Assembly: GCA_963804955.1 (NCBI GenBank) | Contig: CAWDSQ010000007.1 | Span: 64,001 to 128,000, forward strand | From: an uncultured delta proteobacterium | Lineage (GTDB): Bacteria; Desulfobacterota; WTBG01; CAIYCZ01; CAIRTM01 | DNA: 64,000 nt | Reading direction: 5' to 3' | In this document: one piece after another, positions 9,069 to 19,888 of the stretch | Layout: each line of letters begins with the position of its first letter | Numbering within the stretch: position 1 is the first letter of the stretch | The notes under the pieces: model-generated | Database searches by the model: none | The model's input: the letters and a program-made list of their open reading frames with translations, nothing else | What the model was told of the DNA's origin: nothing | Translations under genes and position numbers: made by a program

Positions 9069-11564
9069 TCAACGATAATTCATAAACGGTACGGCGACCA
9101 TAAGCCCGAGTTCACGAGCATCGGGTGACTGCTGAACTGCACGCATGGCATTCCATGTCCGGTCAATATTTATTGTAACGACCCTGCCCTCGGAACCGAC
9201 CCCGCCCACGGCACACTCAACCCACTTGCCTGTTCTGAAAACAACAGCGAGAGGCTTTCTACCGTTCAGGCTGACATGTGCCCGCAACTGAAAATCCTTC
9301 GGTGCAGGATGCCCGTTGCGCATATATATGCTTATGGCTTCAGGGGGCAATTGTATGGCGCAGCTTACACCGTTCATCCAGCAGAATACCGGCTTTACGC
9401 CCTCGGGCCAACCGGGAATGCCGGAAGCTGGCTCCTCGTCCCACAACCCGAAGCGCAACCCCTGTTTGCTTAAGTCAATCGCTGTGAGCGGTGTTCGAAC
9501 CAGAATTGAGAGCTTTCGACTGTCCTTACTTGTTGGGTGAAAAGATTTGGGCATCCAGGTGCTGCGTGCTGAGATCCGGAGGTCGTGTTCACGCAGATTT
9601 CCGCCAGCATACACGTACCGGCTTCGCCACCCAGCCTGCCTCCCTGCATCACGTGCTACTATCATGCCGTCAAGAGCAAAATCGACACGCTTCGGTCCTT
9701 CCTCAATATATTGGGGCGGCACCATATAGTTTATTATGTACAGACCATCGGTCGCAAACCTGAGAACGGAATTTTCACCCGCCCAGCGAACATCTCCCTG
9801 TGGGTCTTTTTCCTTGACGTAAAATCCTTCATAAGCAGCAGCATCGTTCTGGTAAATGCCGTACATATCAAGGCCATACTTTGCATCAAGATCTTTTGAC
9901 GACCGTGCCCCGGCATAGGCAAATCCGGCGCATATTACAAGCACGCAGCAGCCTGGGGCAAAACGCATAAAAAACCTCTGCACCCGTGCGGGCACATTCC
10001 CGACAGGCAAAGCCATTAAATAACCCAGGTTCAGAAACACCAGCATCCAGACGGGGGAAATATAGGGAGGGTCCTGGGTCAGCCCGTACTGGTGGAAACT
10101 GTACAGAGCAAGCAGCACGGGTATAGAGATCGTAATGCCGCAGCGAAAATACCCGGACATGCCCACGATAAATCCATAGGCGATCATAAGCAGCCACAGC
10201 ACACAACCGGCAAGGCCAACGCCGGTCAGCAATTGAAGATAGAAATTATGAGGCGTGTCAAACAGCGCTCTGGTATACCTGTTGTTTGAAAAAAGCGACT
10301 CGGGAATTTTCTCCATAATGCCGGTATGAAATCGGTAGCTCTCCCATCCAAGGCCGAACAGGGGCCGTTCCTGCCACAGTGCCAGAGCCTCTTTGGCAAT
10401 AGCTATTCTCTCCACGGGCATAAAAAAAGTGATGTATCTGTTTTTTAATTCATTCTGCCTGATTATGTTCAGCTGCAAGTCCCATGAGTTTAGCTGAGTT
10501 TCTTGCGAATTTTTGTACAGCTCAACCTCGATGTTTTTTTGAAACATATCAAAAACAACCAGGACCAAAAACAAACTCACTGCTATGGTAAAAGGGATTG
10601 ATATGGCAACCCTGATGGCAATACGAAATTTTTTGCTCGATTTTTCATCTTCAGCAGCATCTTTTGAAAGATAGAAAAAAAGCCAGCAGAAAAAAAGTGT
10701 CACAGGATAGGTCAGCCAGCCCGAACGCGCCCCGGTTAGTATTATGACAATCTCAAAGAGTATCATCACACCAAACAACAGTGCCTTTAATTTCCATCCG
10801 CGTTTGGAGAAAAAGCCGAACAGTATATAGGGGATGGTCATAGTCAGATATTCGGCAAACCAGCCAGCGTTGCCTGTGACCGATTGCAGGCGGAGATCCG
10901 TCTGCTTGAACCAGAGCAGACTGATCAGATTAAAATATTCAAGCAGGCCGGCAAGCGAAGACCACAGCCCGCCACAAAGCGTTCCAATGAATAAAAACCG
11001 GTAGCACTTCTCATAATCATGGCGCAGTGACAGTGCAGCAACAAACGCTATGAAAAGCAGTAGCCTCCAGACAGCTGCCACGGAATAAAGCGGGTCCGGC
11101 GGCAGCGCAGTAAAGATCGATTGGGCAGAGGACATAAACGACCACTGCATGAGCTTGGAAAAGACATGCTCGGGCAGCAGCTGCAGCGACAGACAGCATA
11201 TGGCGGCGAACAAAAAGAAAAACCAGGCAAAAACAGGGTTAAGCCTATTGCGGAAAGCGTTTTTTTTAATCGTGGTCAGAAGCAGTGCGAGCGCCAGCAC
11301 TGCAGTGAAAAATTCGAAAATAGCAGTATGGACGCGCCAGGAATGGTTGATGTAAAAAGGGAAGCTTGCGCCGAAGAGGAAAAGAATGTTCTTGATAAGC
11401 TGTTGCTGTTTGATGCAGACAGTTGCTGCGACGAATCCGACGCCGAGCAGCAGATAAAAAGCCGCCACTGACGCAACTTTAAGCTCCATATCGGCGATGC
11501 GAAAAACTATAGTACACGTCAGAAAAAAAAGGGCCGTTATATACAAAAGCCAGCGGACAATCAA
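9069..11564 (-). CDS. O-antigen ligase / oligosaccharyltransferase-like (Wzy_C) membrane protein with long C-terminal soluble extension
   Basis: RLQSVTGNAGWFAEYL, TGARSGW, ERPLFGLGWESY and DTPHNFYLQLL motifs, followed by about 280 aa of soluble beta-rich tail. Confidence 0.8.
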   Translation of the reverse strand: MIVRWLLYITALFFLTCTIVFRIADMELKVASVAAFYLLLGVGFVAATVCIKQQQLIKNILFLFGASFPFYINHSWRVHTAIFEFFTAVLALALLLTTIKKNAFRNRLNPVFAWFFFLFAAICCLSLQLLPEHVFSKLMQWSFMSSAQSIFTALPPDPLYSVAAVWRLLLFIAFVAALSLRHDYEKCYRFLFIGTLCGGLWSSLAGLLEYFNLISLLWFKQTDLRLQSVTGNAGWFAEYLTMTIPYILFGFFSKRGWKLKALLFGVMILFEIVIILTGARSGWLTYPVTLFFCWLFFYLSKDAAEDEKSSKKFRIAIRVAISIPFTIAVSLFLVLVVFDMFQKNIEVELYKNSQETQLNSWDLQLNIIRQNELKNRYITFFMPVERIAIAKEALALWQERPLFGLGWESYRFHTGIMEKIPESLFSNNRYTRALFDTPHNFYLQLLTGVGLAGCVLWLLMIAYGFIVGMSGYFRCGITISIPVLLALYSFHQYGLTQDPPYISPVWMLVFLNLGYLMALPVGNVPARVQRFFMRFAPGCCVLVICAGFAYAGARSSKDLDAKYGLDMYGIYQNDAAAYEGFYVKEKDPQGDVRWAGENSVLRFATDGLYIINYMVPPQYIEEGPKRVDFALDGMIVARDAGRQAGWRSRYVYAGGNLREHDLRISARSTWMPKSFHPTSKDSRKLSILVRTPLTAIDLSKQGLRFGLWDEEPASGIPGWPEGVKPVFCWMNGVSCAIQLPPEAISIYMRNGHPAPKDFQLRAHVSLNGRKPLAVVFRTGKWVECAVGGVGSEGRVVTINIDRTWNAMRAVQQSPDARELGLMVAVPFMNYR

Positions 11565-11731
11565 AAAGCATCCTTTCTTTTTAAGCAGGCAGGTTAAAGA
11601 TTTATGCTGGTAAGCTAAAGGCCTTTAAAAATCTTTTCACCTGGGATCTTTAGCCCGAGCCTTGATAATTATTTTCTCGTTAAGCAACAGAACGGGAAGG
11701 ATAGATGGACATACGGGAAGCACCCCAACAG

Positions 11732-13672
11732 CTACTCATTGTGAACCACTTTGAGCCTTCTCCCGGGAGAGGCTTCCGCGGGTGGGACATAAAAAACCAC
11801 ATACTTCCCAAGGGTGTTTCTTATCAGCTCAGGCTCTCCGCTTATGATCATGTTTTCAAAATTTCTAATCATCTCTTCGATATCTTTCAAGGTAAAAACA
11901 GAGTGCTGGCGAGCCATGAAAATTTTTTCATGATAGGTTTTATCTGTCCCCTCTTCCGCAGTCAGCAACTCTTCGAAAAGTTTTTCCCCCGGCCTCAGCC
12001 CTGTATAGATAATATCAATATCAACGTACGGCTCGAGATTATTCAGCTTAATAAGATCCTCAGCAAGCGTTGAGATCTTAACCGGTTCTCCCATATCAAG
12101 AACAAACACTTCGCCACCCTTGCCCATAGTCGCCGCCTGCAATACCAAGGCGACAGCTTCAGGTATGGTCATAAAATATCGCGTCATTTCAGGATGCGTA
12201 ACGGTTACAGGCCCGCCTTTTTTGATCTGTTCGATAAACATCGGAATAACACTGCCCCGGCTTCCCAGCACATTACCGAACCTGACGGATATGAATTTTG
12301 TTCTGTTCTGGCTGTTGAGGGCGATCCCTGCGTATTCAGCCATCCGTTTAGATGCACCCATAATACTTGAGGGATTCACAGCCTTATCGGTCGATATATT
12401 GATGAACTTTTCAACATTGGCGTCCATACACAGTTTTTCAAAATGCCAGGTGCCGATAATATTAGTTTTGACCGCCTCTTCGGGGAAATACTCCATCAGG
12501 TGAATATGCTTGTAGGCGGCAGCATGAAACACAATATCTACCCGGTAAGCGCTCAAAAGGCGCTTCAATTTAACCACATCCCGCAGATCTCCGATCATGG
12601 GAATAATTTCGGTATCTGATGCGGGTTTGAATTCTGCAAGCTCCAGCAGCAGGTTGTTAAGCTCAGTCTCGTCAATTTCAAATACAATAATGGCTTTAGG
12701 GTTAAAGAGCCTGAGCTGCCGCACGATCTCTGAGCCGATTGATCCGCCTGCGCCGGTTACGAGAACTGTTTTGTTGTTTAAAAGTTTGCCAAGCGAACTG
12801 GCTTCAATTTTCACCGACTCTCGGCACAGAAGGTCTTCCACATTGATATCCCGAAGCTCCTTCACGGAAACCGCTTCCTGGGGAAGCCGATTGATGCTCG
12901 GAACTATCTTTATTTCCATGATCCCGGACTGCCTGAGCATATCATACAGCAGGCTTATCTGGCCGTGTGAAAGAGTACTAATGGTAATAATTGCAGCCCT
13001 CACATTTTTGTTTTTTACAATCCGCGGTATATCCTTAAGAGCACCCAGCACCCTCACGCTCTGTATCGTTGTCTGTATGAGTTTCGCATTATCATCAACA
13101 AATCCTACCGGCTTATAAATAATTTTTTCATTTCTGAACATTTCACGAACAATGCGCTCACCAGTGCCTCCAGCCCCGATTATAAGCGTTGGTTTCCCTA
13201 TATTGCGGGAGCGATAGGATAATTCAATAATGAGCCTGCGGGAAACACGAAAGATAATAATAAAAAATCCGGCAAGAATATATGCGCTGAGAGGCGTTGA
13301 CCGGGGAAGCGCATATGCTGAATAATACTCCTGTACGCCTGTATTTGCGGCAAACAAAAGGAGCATGCTTGCAAACAGTGCTCTCAGCACAATAAAGCAT
13401 TCATGAAGACCGAAATAACGCCAGCTAAAGCTGTACACACCGCCCATATACATGGCCACACATGGAGGTATGATATACGCCGGCAACCAGAAAAATGCTG
13501 TGTTTCTGATTTCATCTGCTAGAAAAAAATCAAAACGAAGCATCAGCGCCAAATTGAGACAGACACTTATGACCAGAATATCGGTAGAGAGATACAAAAA
13601 AGCGCGTATTATTGCCGCGCGCATATGAATCGCCTTCCTGATTTTTAATTTAATCATATTTGCATTTATCAT
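11732..13672 (-). CDS. Nucleoside-diphosphate sugar epimerase/4,6-dehydratase (CapD/PglF/WbpM family)
   Basis: N-terminal TMs, IIGAGGTG, VTGAGGSIGSE, VFHAAAYKH, ISTDKAVNP, VRFGNVLGSRGSV, GLRPGEKLFEEL. Confidence 0.95.
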   Translation of the reverse strand: MINANMIKLKIRKAIHMRAAIIRAFLYLSTDILVISVCLNLALMLRFDFFLADEIRNTAFFWLPAYIIPPCVAMYMGGVYSFSWRYFGLHECFIVLRALFASMLLLFAANTGVQEYYSAYALPRSTPLSAYILAGFFIIIFRVSRRLIIELSYRSRNIGKPTLIIGAGGTGERIVREMFRNEKIIYKPVGFVDDNAKLIQTTIQSVRVLGALKDIPRIVKNKNVRAAIITISTLSHGQISLLYDMLRQSGIMEIKIVPSINRLPQEAVSVKELRDINVEDLLCRESVKIEASSLGKLLNNKTVLVTGAGGSIGSEIVRQLRLFNPKAIIVFEIDETELNNLLLELAEFKPASDTEIIPMIGDLRDVVKLKRLLSAYRVDIVFHAAAYKHIHLMEYFPEEAVKTNIIGTWHFEKLCMDANVEKFINISTDKAVNPSSIMGASKRMAEYAGIALNSQNRTKFISVRFGNVLGSRGSVIPMFIEQIKKGGPVTVTHPEMTRYFMTIPEAVALVLQAATMGKGGEVFVLDMGEPVKISTLAEDLIKLNNLEPYVDIDIIYTGLRPGEKLFEELLTAEEGTDKTYHEKIFMARQHSVFTLKDIEEMIRNFENMIISGEPELIRNTLGKYVVFYVPPAEASPGRRLKVVHNE

Positions 13673-14160
13673 TGCACATCCCTAATAAACCGGAAATCAA
13701 CTACACACTACATCATACTGTCGATTTGATACGTCAAATTAAATAAATGCTGTCTTTGATTTTACCTAGCATATTCTGCTTCCATGCAACTGTGCCCGTA
13801 TTAGCCAAGTTACCCTGATAAAGCATTTCAGATATGTACTAACTCTAATTCCATCTTATTATATTTCCTTCCTGTATCAATGTCAAATATTTCAAAAAAC
13901 TATTTTTTACAAATAATGAAATATACGTTACATGAAATCACCCACTCAAAAAAAAATCGTGCATGTGCCCCTAAAAAATAATATATATTAAAAAAACTGA
14001 AATTCTGTTGATCCACACAATAAAAGTTAATACGTGAGCAAAAAGTCATCTTAACTTAAAAAAAGGCCGTCGCTCAATAATCCAGCAAATCAAGGGTGCA
14101 GCTAATTCAAAAACCGGGATTTTCGTTCTCACATTAGTGGGTTTTCACATTTAATTTTAG

Positions 14161-14237
14161 CACCCTCTCCCCAAACCCCTCGAAGAGAGGGAGACCTGTT
14201 TTTCCACCATCCCTTGATGGGAGGGATGAAGGGGAGT
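14161..14237. repeat. Degenerate GC-rich palindromic intergenic element (CCCTCTCC..GAGAGGG / CCCTTGATGGGAGGG type)
   Basis: Two imperfect C-run/G-run hairpins with loosely inverted ends, embedded in AT-rich intergenic DNA. Confidence 0.45.
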
Positions 14238-14297
14238 TCGCCTAACTAGATAAATTTAAAGTCATAGCCCAATAGTTATATATAAAAAGTGAATAAC

Positions 14298-15443
14298 ATG
14301 AACATCCTCATTGCCGGTGATTTTTTCATTGCAGACAGTTTTAAAAACCAGCCACTGATTGATAATTCGGTGAAAGAATTGTTTGCGGCTGCCGATTACC
14401 GCATCGTTAACCTCGAAGCACCGTTAACGGCCAATGAGCCTGAAAACAGGATATTGAAAACCGGACCGCATTTGAGCAGTTCTGCAGAAACAATGTTGCC
14501 CTACCTTAAACAATTAAAAGTGGATCTGGTAACCCTTGCCAACAACCATATTTTTGATTATGGATGGAAGGGTCTGTCTGATACTTTCGATTCATTACAG
14601 AAAAATAAAATCAGTTACGTTGGTGCAGGTAACACCCTGAAGGAGGCCTCAAGGCCATTCACCTTTGAGAAAGAGGGGATGAAAATTGCCATCCTCAATT
14701 TTGCGGAAAATGAGTGGTCAATTGCCGAGGATGAAATGCCCGGCGCAAACCCCTTAGATATTATTGACAATGTAAACCAGATTAAAAAAACCAAAGCCAC
14801 CCATGATAAAGTTATTTGTATCATTCACGGTGGGCACGAGTATTACCACCTGCCCAGTCCACGCATGGTAAAACAATACCGCTTTTATGCCGAAAACGGT
14901 GCCGATGCCATTGTTGGCCATCATACCCATTGCATTGGAGGATACGAGGTTTATCAAGATGTCCCTATTATTTACAGCTTGGGGAATTTTCTGTTTACTT
15001 TACCGTCCAAACGAGAAGAATGGTATACTGGTTTGCTGACACAACTAAGTTTCGAAAAACAAAAAAAAATAAGTTTTAAAATCATGCCCGTTGAACAAAA
15101 AAAGGAAAGTTTTTTAATTGCAGCTTGCAATAAAAATAAAAAAAATATTTTAATGGATGATTTAGAAAATTATGTTAACATAATTCATGATTCAGCTCAA
15201 TTAAATAAATTGTGGAATATTTTTATAGAATCAATAAACAAACAACATTTAAATACTTACAGCCCTATTCAGCTTTTTAACAATAAATATATAACCGCAG
15301 TGTTTAAGAAACTCGGGATTGATACTTGGTTTATGAATATAAATCATTACAAATTAATACTTAATATGATTCGATGCGAGGCCCATTTTGATGCATCAAA
15401 AAAAATATTAAAAAATTTTATTTTTAAAATAAAAAAACGTTAA
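14298..15443 (+). CDS. CapA-family (PGA_cap) metallophosphoesterase-fold protein
   Basis: IAGDF, VNLEAPL, LANNHIFDYG, IHGGHEY, GADAIVGHHTH, YSLGNFLF. Confidence 0.92.
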   Translation: MNILIAGDFFIADSFKNQPLIDNSVKELFAAADYRIVNLEAPLTANEPENRILKTGPHLSSSAETMLPYLKQLKVDLVTLANNHIFDYGWKGLSDTFDSLQKNKISYVGAGNTLKEASRPFTFEKEGMKIAILNFAENEWSIAEDEMPGANPLDIIDNVNQIKKTKATHDKVICIIHGGHEYYHLPSPRMVKQYRFYAENGADAIVGHHTHCIGGYEVYQDVPIIYSLGNFLFTLPSKREEWYTGLLTQLSFEKQKKISFKIMPVEQKKESFLIAACNKNKKNILMDDLENYVNIIHDSAQLNKLWNIFIESINKQHLNTYSPIQLFNNKYITAVFKKLGIDTWFMNINHYKLILNMIRCEAHFDASKKILKNFIFKIKKR

Positions 15444-15536
15444 AAAAATTTTAATAATTAATTTAATTATAAAATTATTCTTTAAAGAGCCTTTTGCTGA
15501 AACTGCAAAAAGCCACGCCTAAAAAAAATTAAAAAC

Positions 15537-15565
15537 TTGACAACAAACAAACAAATGTCTATAAA
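15537..15565 (+). promoter_or_regulatory. Sigma-70 promoter
   Basis: TTGACA-17 nt-TATAAA upstream of SD AGGAG and ATG 15623. Confidence 0.6.
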
Positions 15566-15622
15566 TAAGCTATGTGAGGGTAATATTAAAAAAACACGCT
15601 TCATTTACAAGAGGAGCATTAT

Positions 15623-16066
15623 ATGAAACACGCAACAGGGGCATTTTTCAGCATACTCATGGCGTTTGTCCTGATTTTCAGTATGGCTGGAAAAGCAGCG
15701 GCGCAGGAAGTCGCAGCAAATGATCCGGCTGAATCTGAAATGCTGCTCATCGATGATGCAGCTCAACAGGACGGAGACTTCAAGGCCTTTGCATCAACCT
15801 GCACACTGAAAGTTTTTCCGGAATCAATTCGCAGCAGGCGCCTGGGGCGTTTTGGTATGTTTATCGTGAGCGAAGGCGACGGAGTGGAATTTGAAAGGGG
15901 TGATATGGTTGATTGGGGAACCGACGATATCAATACCATTTTGCAGTTCAGATTCCCGCGGCGCATCTTCTCCCTTGTATGGATACAGGCCAATGCGGAA
16001 CCGGGCGAATTTGAGGTGACAGTTGGCGATGATGATAACTGCACGGGCACGCTTGAAATACGATAA
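15623..16066 (+). CDS. Secreted hypothetical protein, small beta-rich (Ig-like?) domain with two Cys
   Basis: Signal peptide ending AAA-Q, good SD, and its own promoter and terminator. Cys in STCTLKV and DNCTGTLEIR. Confidence 0.75.
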   Translation: MKHATGAFFSILMAFVLIFSMAGKAAAQEVAANDPAESEMLLIDDAAQQDGDFKAFASTCTLKVFPESIRSRRLGRFGMFIVSEGDGVEFERGDMVDWGTDDINTILQFRFPRRIFSLVWIQANAEPGEFEVTVGDDDNCTGTLEIR

Positions 16067-16101
16067 GCAACCGCGGTACGGGAACTTTTAAAGAAGTGTA
16101 C

Positions 16102-16134
16102 AAAGAGCCGGGTGTTGATGCACCCGGCTCTTTT
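16102..16134 (+). terminator. Intrinsic terminator
   Basis: AAAGAGCCGGGTG-ttgatg-CACCCGGCTCTTT followed by T-rich sequence. Confidence 0.75.
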
Positions 16135-16462
16135 CATTTTCATGTATAGAGGCATAGTAGGATTTCGTAAAATGAGGAGTTGAATGGGTTCCCGGACCTC
16201 TGATAATAATAGGGAATAAAAAGGACCACCACCGAAACGGCTGTCGACCTAAAAAAAACGTCTCCTTTTTATAACGAAATGCAGTCCGGCAAGCACCTAA
16301 AACAATCAATGAAGACCAAATTGTACATAAAAGCGTTCCACCTGTGAAGGAGGGAATAATCCCTATATTCTCTCCAGCCATAAACCCCTCCTGCTTTCAA
16401 TTTTTTGTAACATAATGTTTGTCTTCGGTAGTGCGCCTGAAGACTTTTCAAAGGAGCCTCGA

Positions 16463-17257
16463 ATGGATAAAATATTTCGTTACGGTTTATGTTTCATCGG
16501 GCTCTTGGCGTTTATCGGTTGCTCGTCCGAAAACCCGCTTTACGAACAGATCATAAAAAAAATATCCGGCCGCTCACTGCTTGCAGGATGCCAGGATAAT
16601 CCTTCGGGCGATTCAACGACCGCTTTTACGGTAGGGGCTGAGACTGTCGCACACTGGGCTTTCAATGAAGGGAAGGGAAACACCGTCCATGATTTATCCG
16701 GCCATGGACATACCCTTAATCTGACCGGCACTTTTTCCTGGGGCGATTGCAGCTATGGAACAGGAATAAAGTTAGGAAAAGGCAGTGGTTCAACTCCGTT
16801 TTCTCCTGACTTTTATCCATCCGCTATCACGGTTGAAGCTATGCTCAGCCTCGATCGAATGCCTCCTGAAAACCTCAAGACCGATCCACGCATGATGATC
16901 GTTGCTGCATATAGTGCTGAGCAGGGTAAGGCGGAATACGGTTATGAATTACGGATCAACCGGTACGGAATTGTTGAGTTTGCTGTAGCAACCGGGGTTA
17001 CCAGAAGGTGGATCTCGGCCTTCAGTCGTCAACCAATCACCATTAACGCTCTCTACCATATAGCTGGGACCTACGATGGATCGACAATAAAAGTGTTCGT
17101 GAACGGTGTTTGCGTCGGTGAAACTCCTCACACAGGAACAATTGCCGCTCCGGCCGGCAAGGCGGAATTATTTATAGCGAACCGGAACAACGGCTGGAAA
17201 TTCTGGTATTTTGGGGTGATCGATGAAGTGAGAATCTCAAATTCTGCCCTCTATTGA
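16463..17257 (+). CDS. LamG-like domain lipoprotein
   Basis: SD AAGGAG; lipobox-like LAFIGC; AHWAFNEGKGNTVHDLSG, YHIAGTYDGSTIKVFVNG, FGVIDEVRISN. Confidence 0.8.
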   Translation: MDKIFRYGLCFIGLLAFIGCSSENPLYEQIIKKISGRSLLAGCQDNPSGDSTTAFTVGAETVAHWAFNEGKGNTVHDLSGHGHTLNLTGTFSWGDCSYGTGIKLGKGSGSTPFSPDFYPSAITVEAMLSLDRMPPENLKTDPRMMIVAAYSAEQGKAEYGYELRINRYGIVEFAVATGVTRRWISAFSRQPITINALYHIAGTYDGSTIKVFVNGVCVGETPHTGTIAAPAGKAELFIANRNNGWKFWYFGVIDEVRISNSALY

Positions 17258-17513
17258 CATCCCTCTTTTATTATTCGGATAATCGAGCCTGCATTATTAC
17301 CGGAGGACGGAGCAAGGGATCGCGTCCGTCTTTCGTAGTACTCTATCCAGCATCCCTTTTTTAAAGCCTCTATTGTGATACATCATGGCTTCCCGTGAGA
17401 CGCACGCGCATACACGATTTTAAGGGTCCTTTGGCGAGTAAATAAACCAAACAATAAGGCAGCAGACCTTTTACGGATAAAAAACACCTATAGGGAAAAG
17501 GATTATTATCGAA

Positions 17514-18854
17514 CTACTTCCCAACATCGCTTATGATAAAACGGGTCTTGCCCCTATCATGCGGAATATGCTTCACGAGTTGCAGTTTCACAGGTACTGC
17601 CTCGCCGATGCGATCACGCAAGTTAGCAAATGCCCTATCGATAATCTCCCTTGACTGCAGAGCAACCCCCTCCACACAACTCAGGGTGATAGAAAAGTCG
17701 GCGCGCTGATATATCTGGAACATTTTGACAGCCTCGGGATGGTCGTCAAATAATGTCGTAAGGAATTCGCCGCTGATGCTTCTGCCGTCCGGCAGCCTTA
17801 TTCTATCTGACACCCTGCCCCGAACCTTATCCATGAGGGGAAGCGTTACTCCGCAGGGGCAGGTTCGCATAAGTCTTCGTCCCACATCACCTATCTCGTA
17901 TCTGATAAGCGGGAACACCCGGTTTTCAAGGTCAGTGACAAGGACTCGCCCCCACTCACCATCGGGAACCGGCATCCCGGCAGTATCCACGAATTCTATG
18001 TGGCGTATATCGTGCATGATGTGCAGTCCGTTTCGTTCTTTGCATTCGGCCGCGAGCCAGGGTATTTCGCAGGACCCATATTGGTCATAAACCGGTGCCT
18101 GAAAAACCGATTGCATGATGCTCCGTTGTGCCTCGGAAAGCGGTGCCGAGGTTACCCATACCGCCTTAGGCGGTGTAATTGTTAGCCCGTTGTCGCGCAG
18201 AAATAGCGTGAATTCATATACTGCGCCAACATAGCCTTGGAGGATCGTTGGTTTTAGATTGTTATACCGAATGAGGAACGAACGCATTGTTTCCTGGGTC
18301 ATAAGCGCCGCATCGAGAAATATTCTCCGTGTCGGCCACCACAGCAAGTCGTTCAACAGGTTGAAAGGAAATATTCTCCGAAGGCGATAGATAAAGGCTA
18401 TGTCATCAGAGGGCTCGACATCCCACCACCTGACGACACGCCATAATGCTGTCTCGATGCTTACCCTACGATCATAGAGAACAGAAATAGGCATGCCGGT
18501 GCTTCCGCCGGTAGTGGCTCTGCAACAGTCACCCTTTGCAGCCTTGTCTGAAATGAACTCATCAAAGCAGGCTCGAAGATGCTCCCGCGTTACGATGGGA
18601 AGCCGCACAAAATCCTCGGGTCTTCTGATATCGTCAGGCGTTATGCCGCACTCTTCGAATACCCGCCTATAGAACCGTGTGTGCTTAGATGCAAAGCGCA
18701 CCAATTCACGTCGTTTTTCAAAATTCAGTTGGTCGATTTGCTGGGGTGCCAGACATTGTTGTGTTTTAAGGAGATTATAATACTTAAGCGACCCAGCACG
18801 AAAAACCGTGTTTTTCAATGCAAAAATTCTGCTGTTAAATAATAAATTACTCAT
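17514..18854 (-). CDS. Phenylacetate-CoA ligase-like adenylate-forming enzyme (CapK type)
   Basis: TTGGSTGMP, YDQYGSCE, VTDLENRVFPLIRYEIGD, GKTRFIIS. Confidence 0.88.
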   Translation of the reverse strand: MSNLLFNSRIFALKNTVFRAGSLKYYNLLKTQQCLAPQQIDQLNFEKRRELVRFASKHTRFYRRVFEECGITPDDIRRPEDFVRLPIVTREHLRACFDEFISDKAAKGDCCRATTGGSTGMPISVLYDRRVSIETALWRVVRWWDVEPSDDIAFIYRLRRIFPFNLLNDLLWWPTRRIFLDAALMTQETMRSFLIRYNNLKPTILQGYVGAVYEFTLFLRDNGLTITPPKAVWVTSAPLSEAQRSIMQSVFQAPVYDQYGSCEIPWLAAECKERNGLHIMHDIRHIEFVDTAGMPVPDGEWGRVLVTDLENRVFPLIRYEIGDVGRRLMRTCPCGVTLPLMDKVRGRVSDRIRLPDGRSISGEFLTTLFDDHPEAVKMFQIYQRADFSITLSCVEGVALQSREIIDRAFANLRDRIGEAVPVKLQLVKHIPHDRGKTRFIISDVGK

Positions 18855-18892
18855 AAAAAAGCTCCCGTGCTACTACTTGCGCGTTCGACGCC

Positions 18893-19888
18893 TTATCCTT
18901 CGCGGTCCAGGCTCTTGTAAAGTTTTTCGTATTGTTCCGCAACATGTGCCGGTGAATACAACCGCGCATTGGCAAAGCCCCGAAGTATCAGATCATTTCT
19001 CAGCATCTCGTTATGGATGATTTCTAAAACACCCTCTCTAATAGAGTCAACATTGAACGGGTCAACAAGCATGGCGCCGTTACCGGCGACCTCTTTCATC
19101 GGCGATAGATCGCTCGTAATCAAAACACGACCGACAGCCTGCGCTTCAAGAATAGGAAGACCGAAGCCCTCATAGGTCGAGACAAAGGCGACAATATCGG
19201 CTTTATGGTATTCATGCAGCAACTCGTCAAATGAAATGCCGCTGTTCTGTGTGTATTCGATCTTGTTGCGTTCAAGTGCGTTTTTAATATCCTCATACAA
19301 TATCCCCACAATATGAAGATGGCAGGGAATACCCTTAAGTGCTTCTGCAAGACGAGGAATATTTTTATTTTTGGTGTCCCCAATTTGAAGTATTCGTGGT
19401 TTGTGAGTATTAAACAACTTTTCCTGCGGCAGAAAACGGGGGTCGATGCAGTCGGGTATGAACATTATTTTTTCCTCCGAGCATCCAGTTATCTGCATCA
19501 GGTCTTTTTTCGTCTGTTCCGATATTACGGTGACAAAACGAGCATGCCGAACAGGCAGGGTAAACCATATCCATTTATAGGCCCATCGCTTTATGGCATT
19601 TTTTTCATGCAGGATGGTTACGCAATCGTGAACCGTGAGGATAGTCCTTCGTGCAGGCAAAGCCATAACGACGTAGTGGACATCTCCGGTGACATGATTG
19701 ACTGCGCTCCGGTTGTGCCAGGCCCACAGCATATTGGCGATCCGCTTAAAAAATCCGTTGCTGGTAAATGGCATTACTTTTCTTGACACCTGCACGTTGG
19801 CAGAAAAATGCCGCGCGATTATGTCAAATAAATTTTCAATACTAAAAGAGCCTTTTTTCAACAATCTTACAAAGAGGGCAACTTGCAT
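18893..19888 (-). CDS. Glycosyltransferase family 4
   Basis: HVTGDVHY, LTVHD, STYEGFGLPILEAQAVG. Confidence 0.92.
   Translation of the reverse strand: MQVALFVRLLKKGSFSIENLFDIIARHFSANVQVSRKVMPFTSNGFFKRIANMLWAWHNRSAVNHVTGDVHYVVMALPARRTILTVHDCVTILHEKNAIKRWAYKWIWFTLPVRHARFVTVISEQTKKDLMQITGCSEEKIMFIPDCIDPRFLPQEKLFNTHKPRILQIGDTKNKNIPRLAEALKGIPCHLHIVGILYEDIKNALERNKIEYTQNSGISFDELLHEYHKADIVAFVSTYEGFGLPILEAQAVGRVLITSDLSPMKEVAGNGAMLVDPFNVDSIREGVLEIIHNEMLRNDLILRGFANARLYSPAHVAEQYEKLYKSLDREG

Noticed and set aside
16088..16381. 97-aa minus ORF with a good SD
   Set aside because: No recognisable domain, and it runs through the neighbouring terminator; left uncalled.
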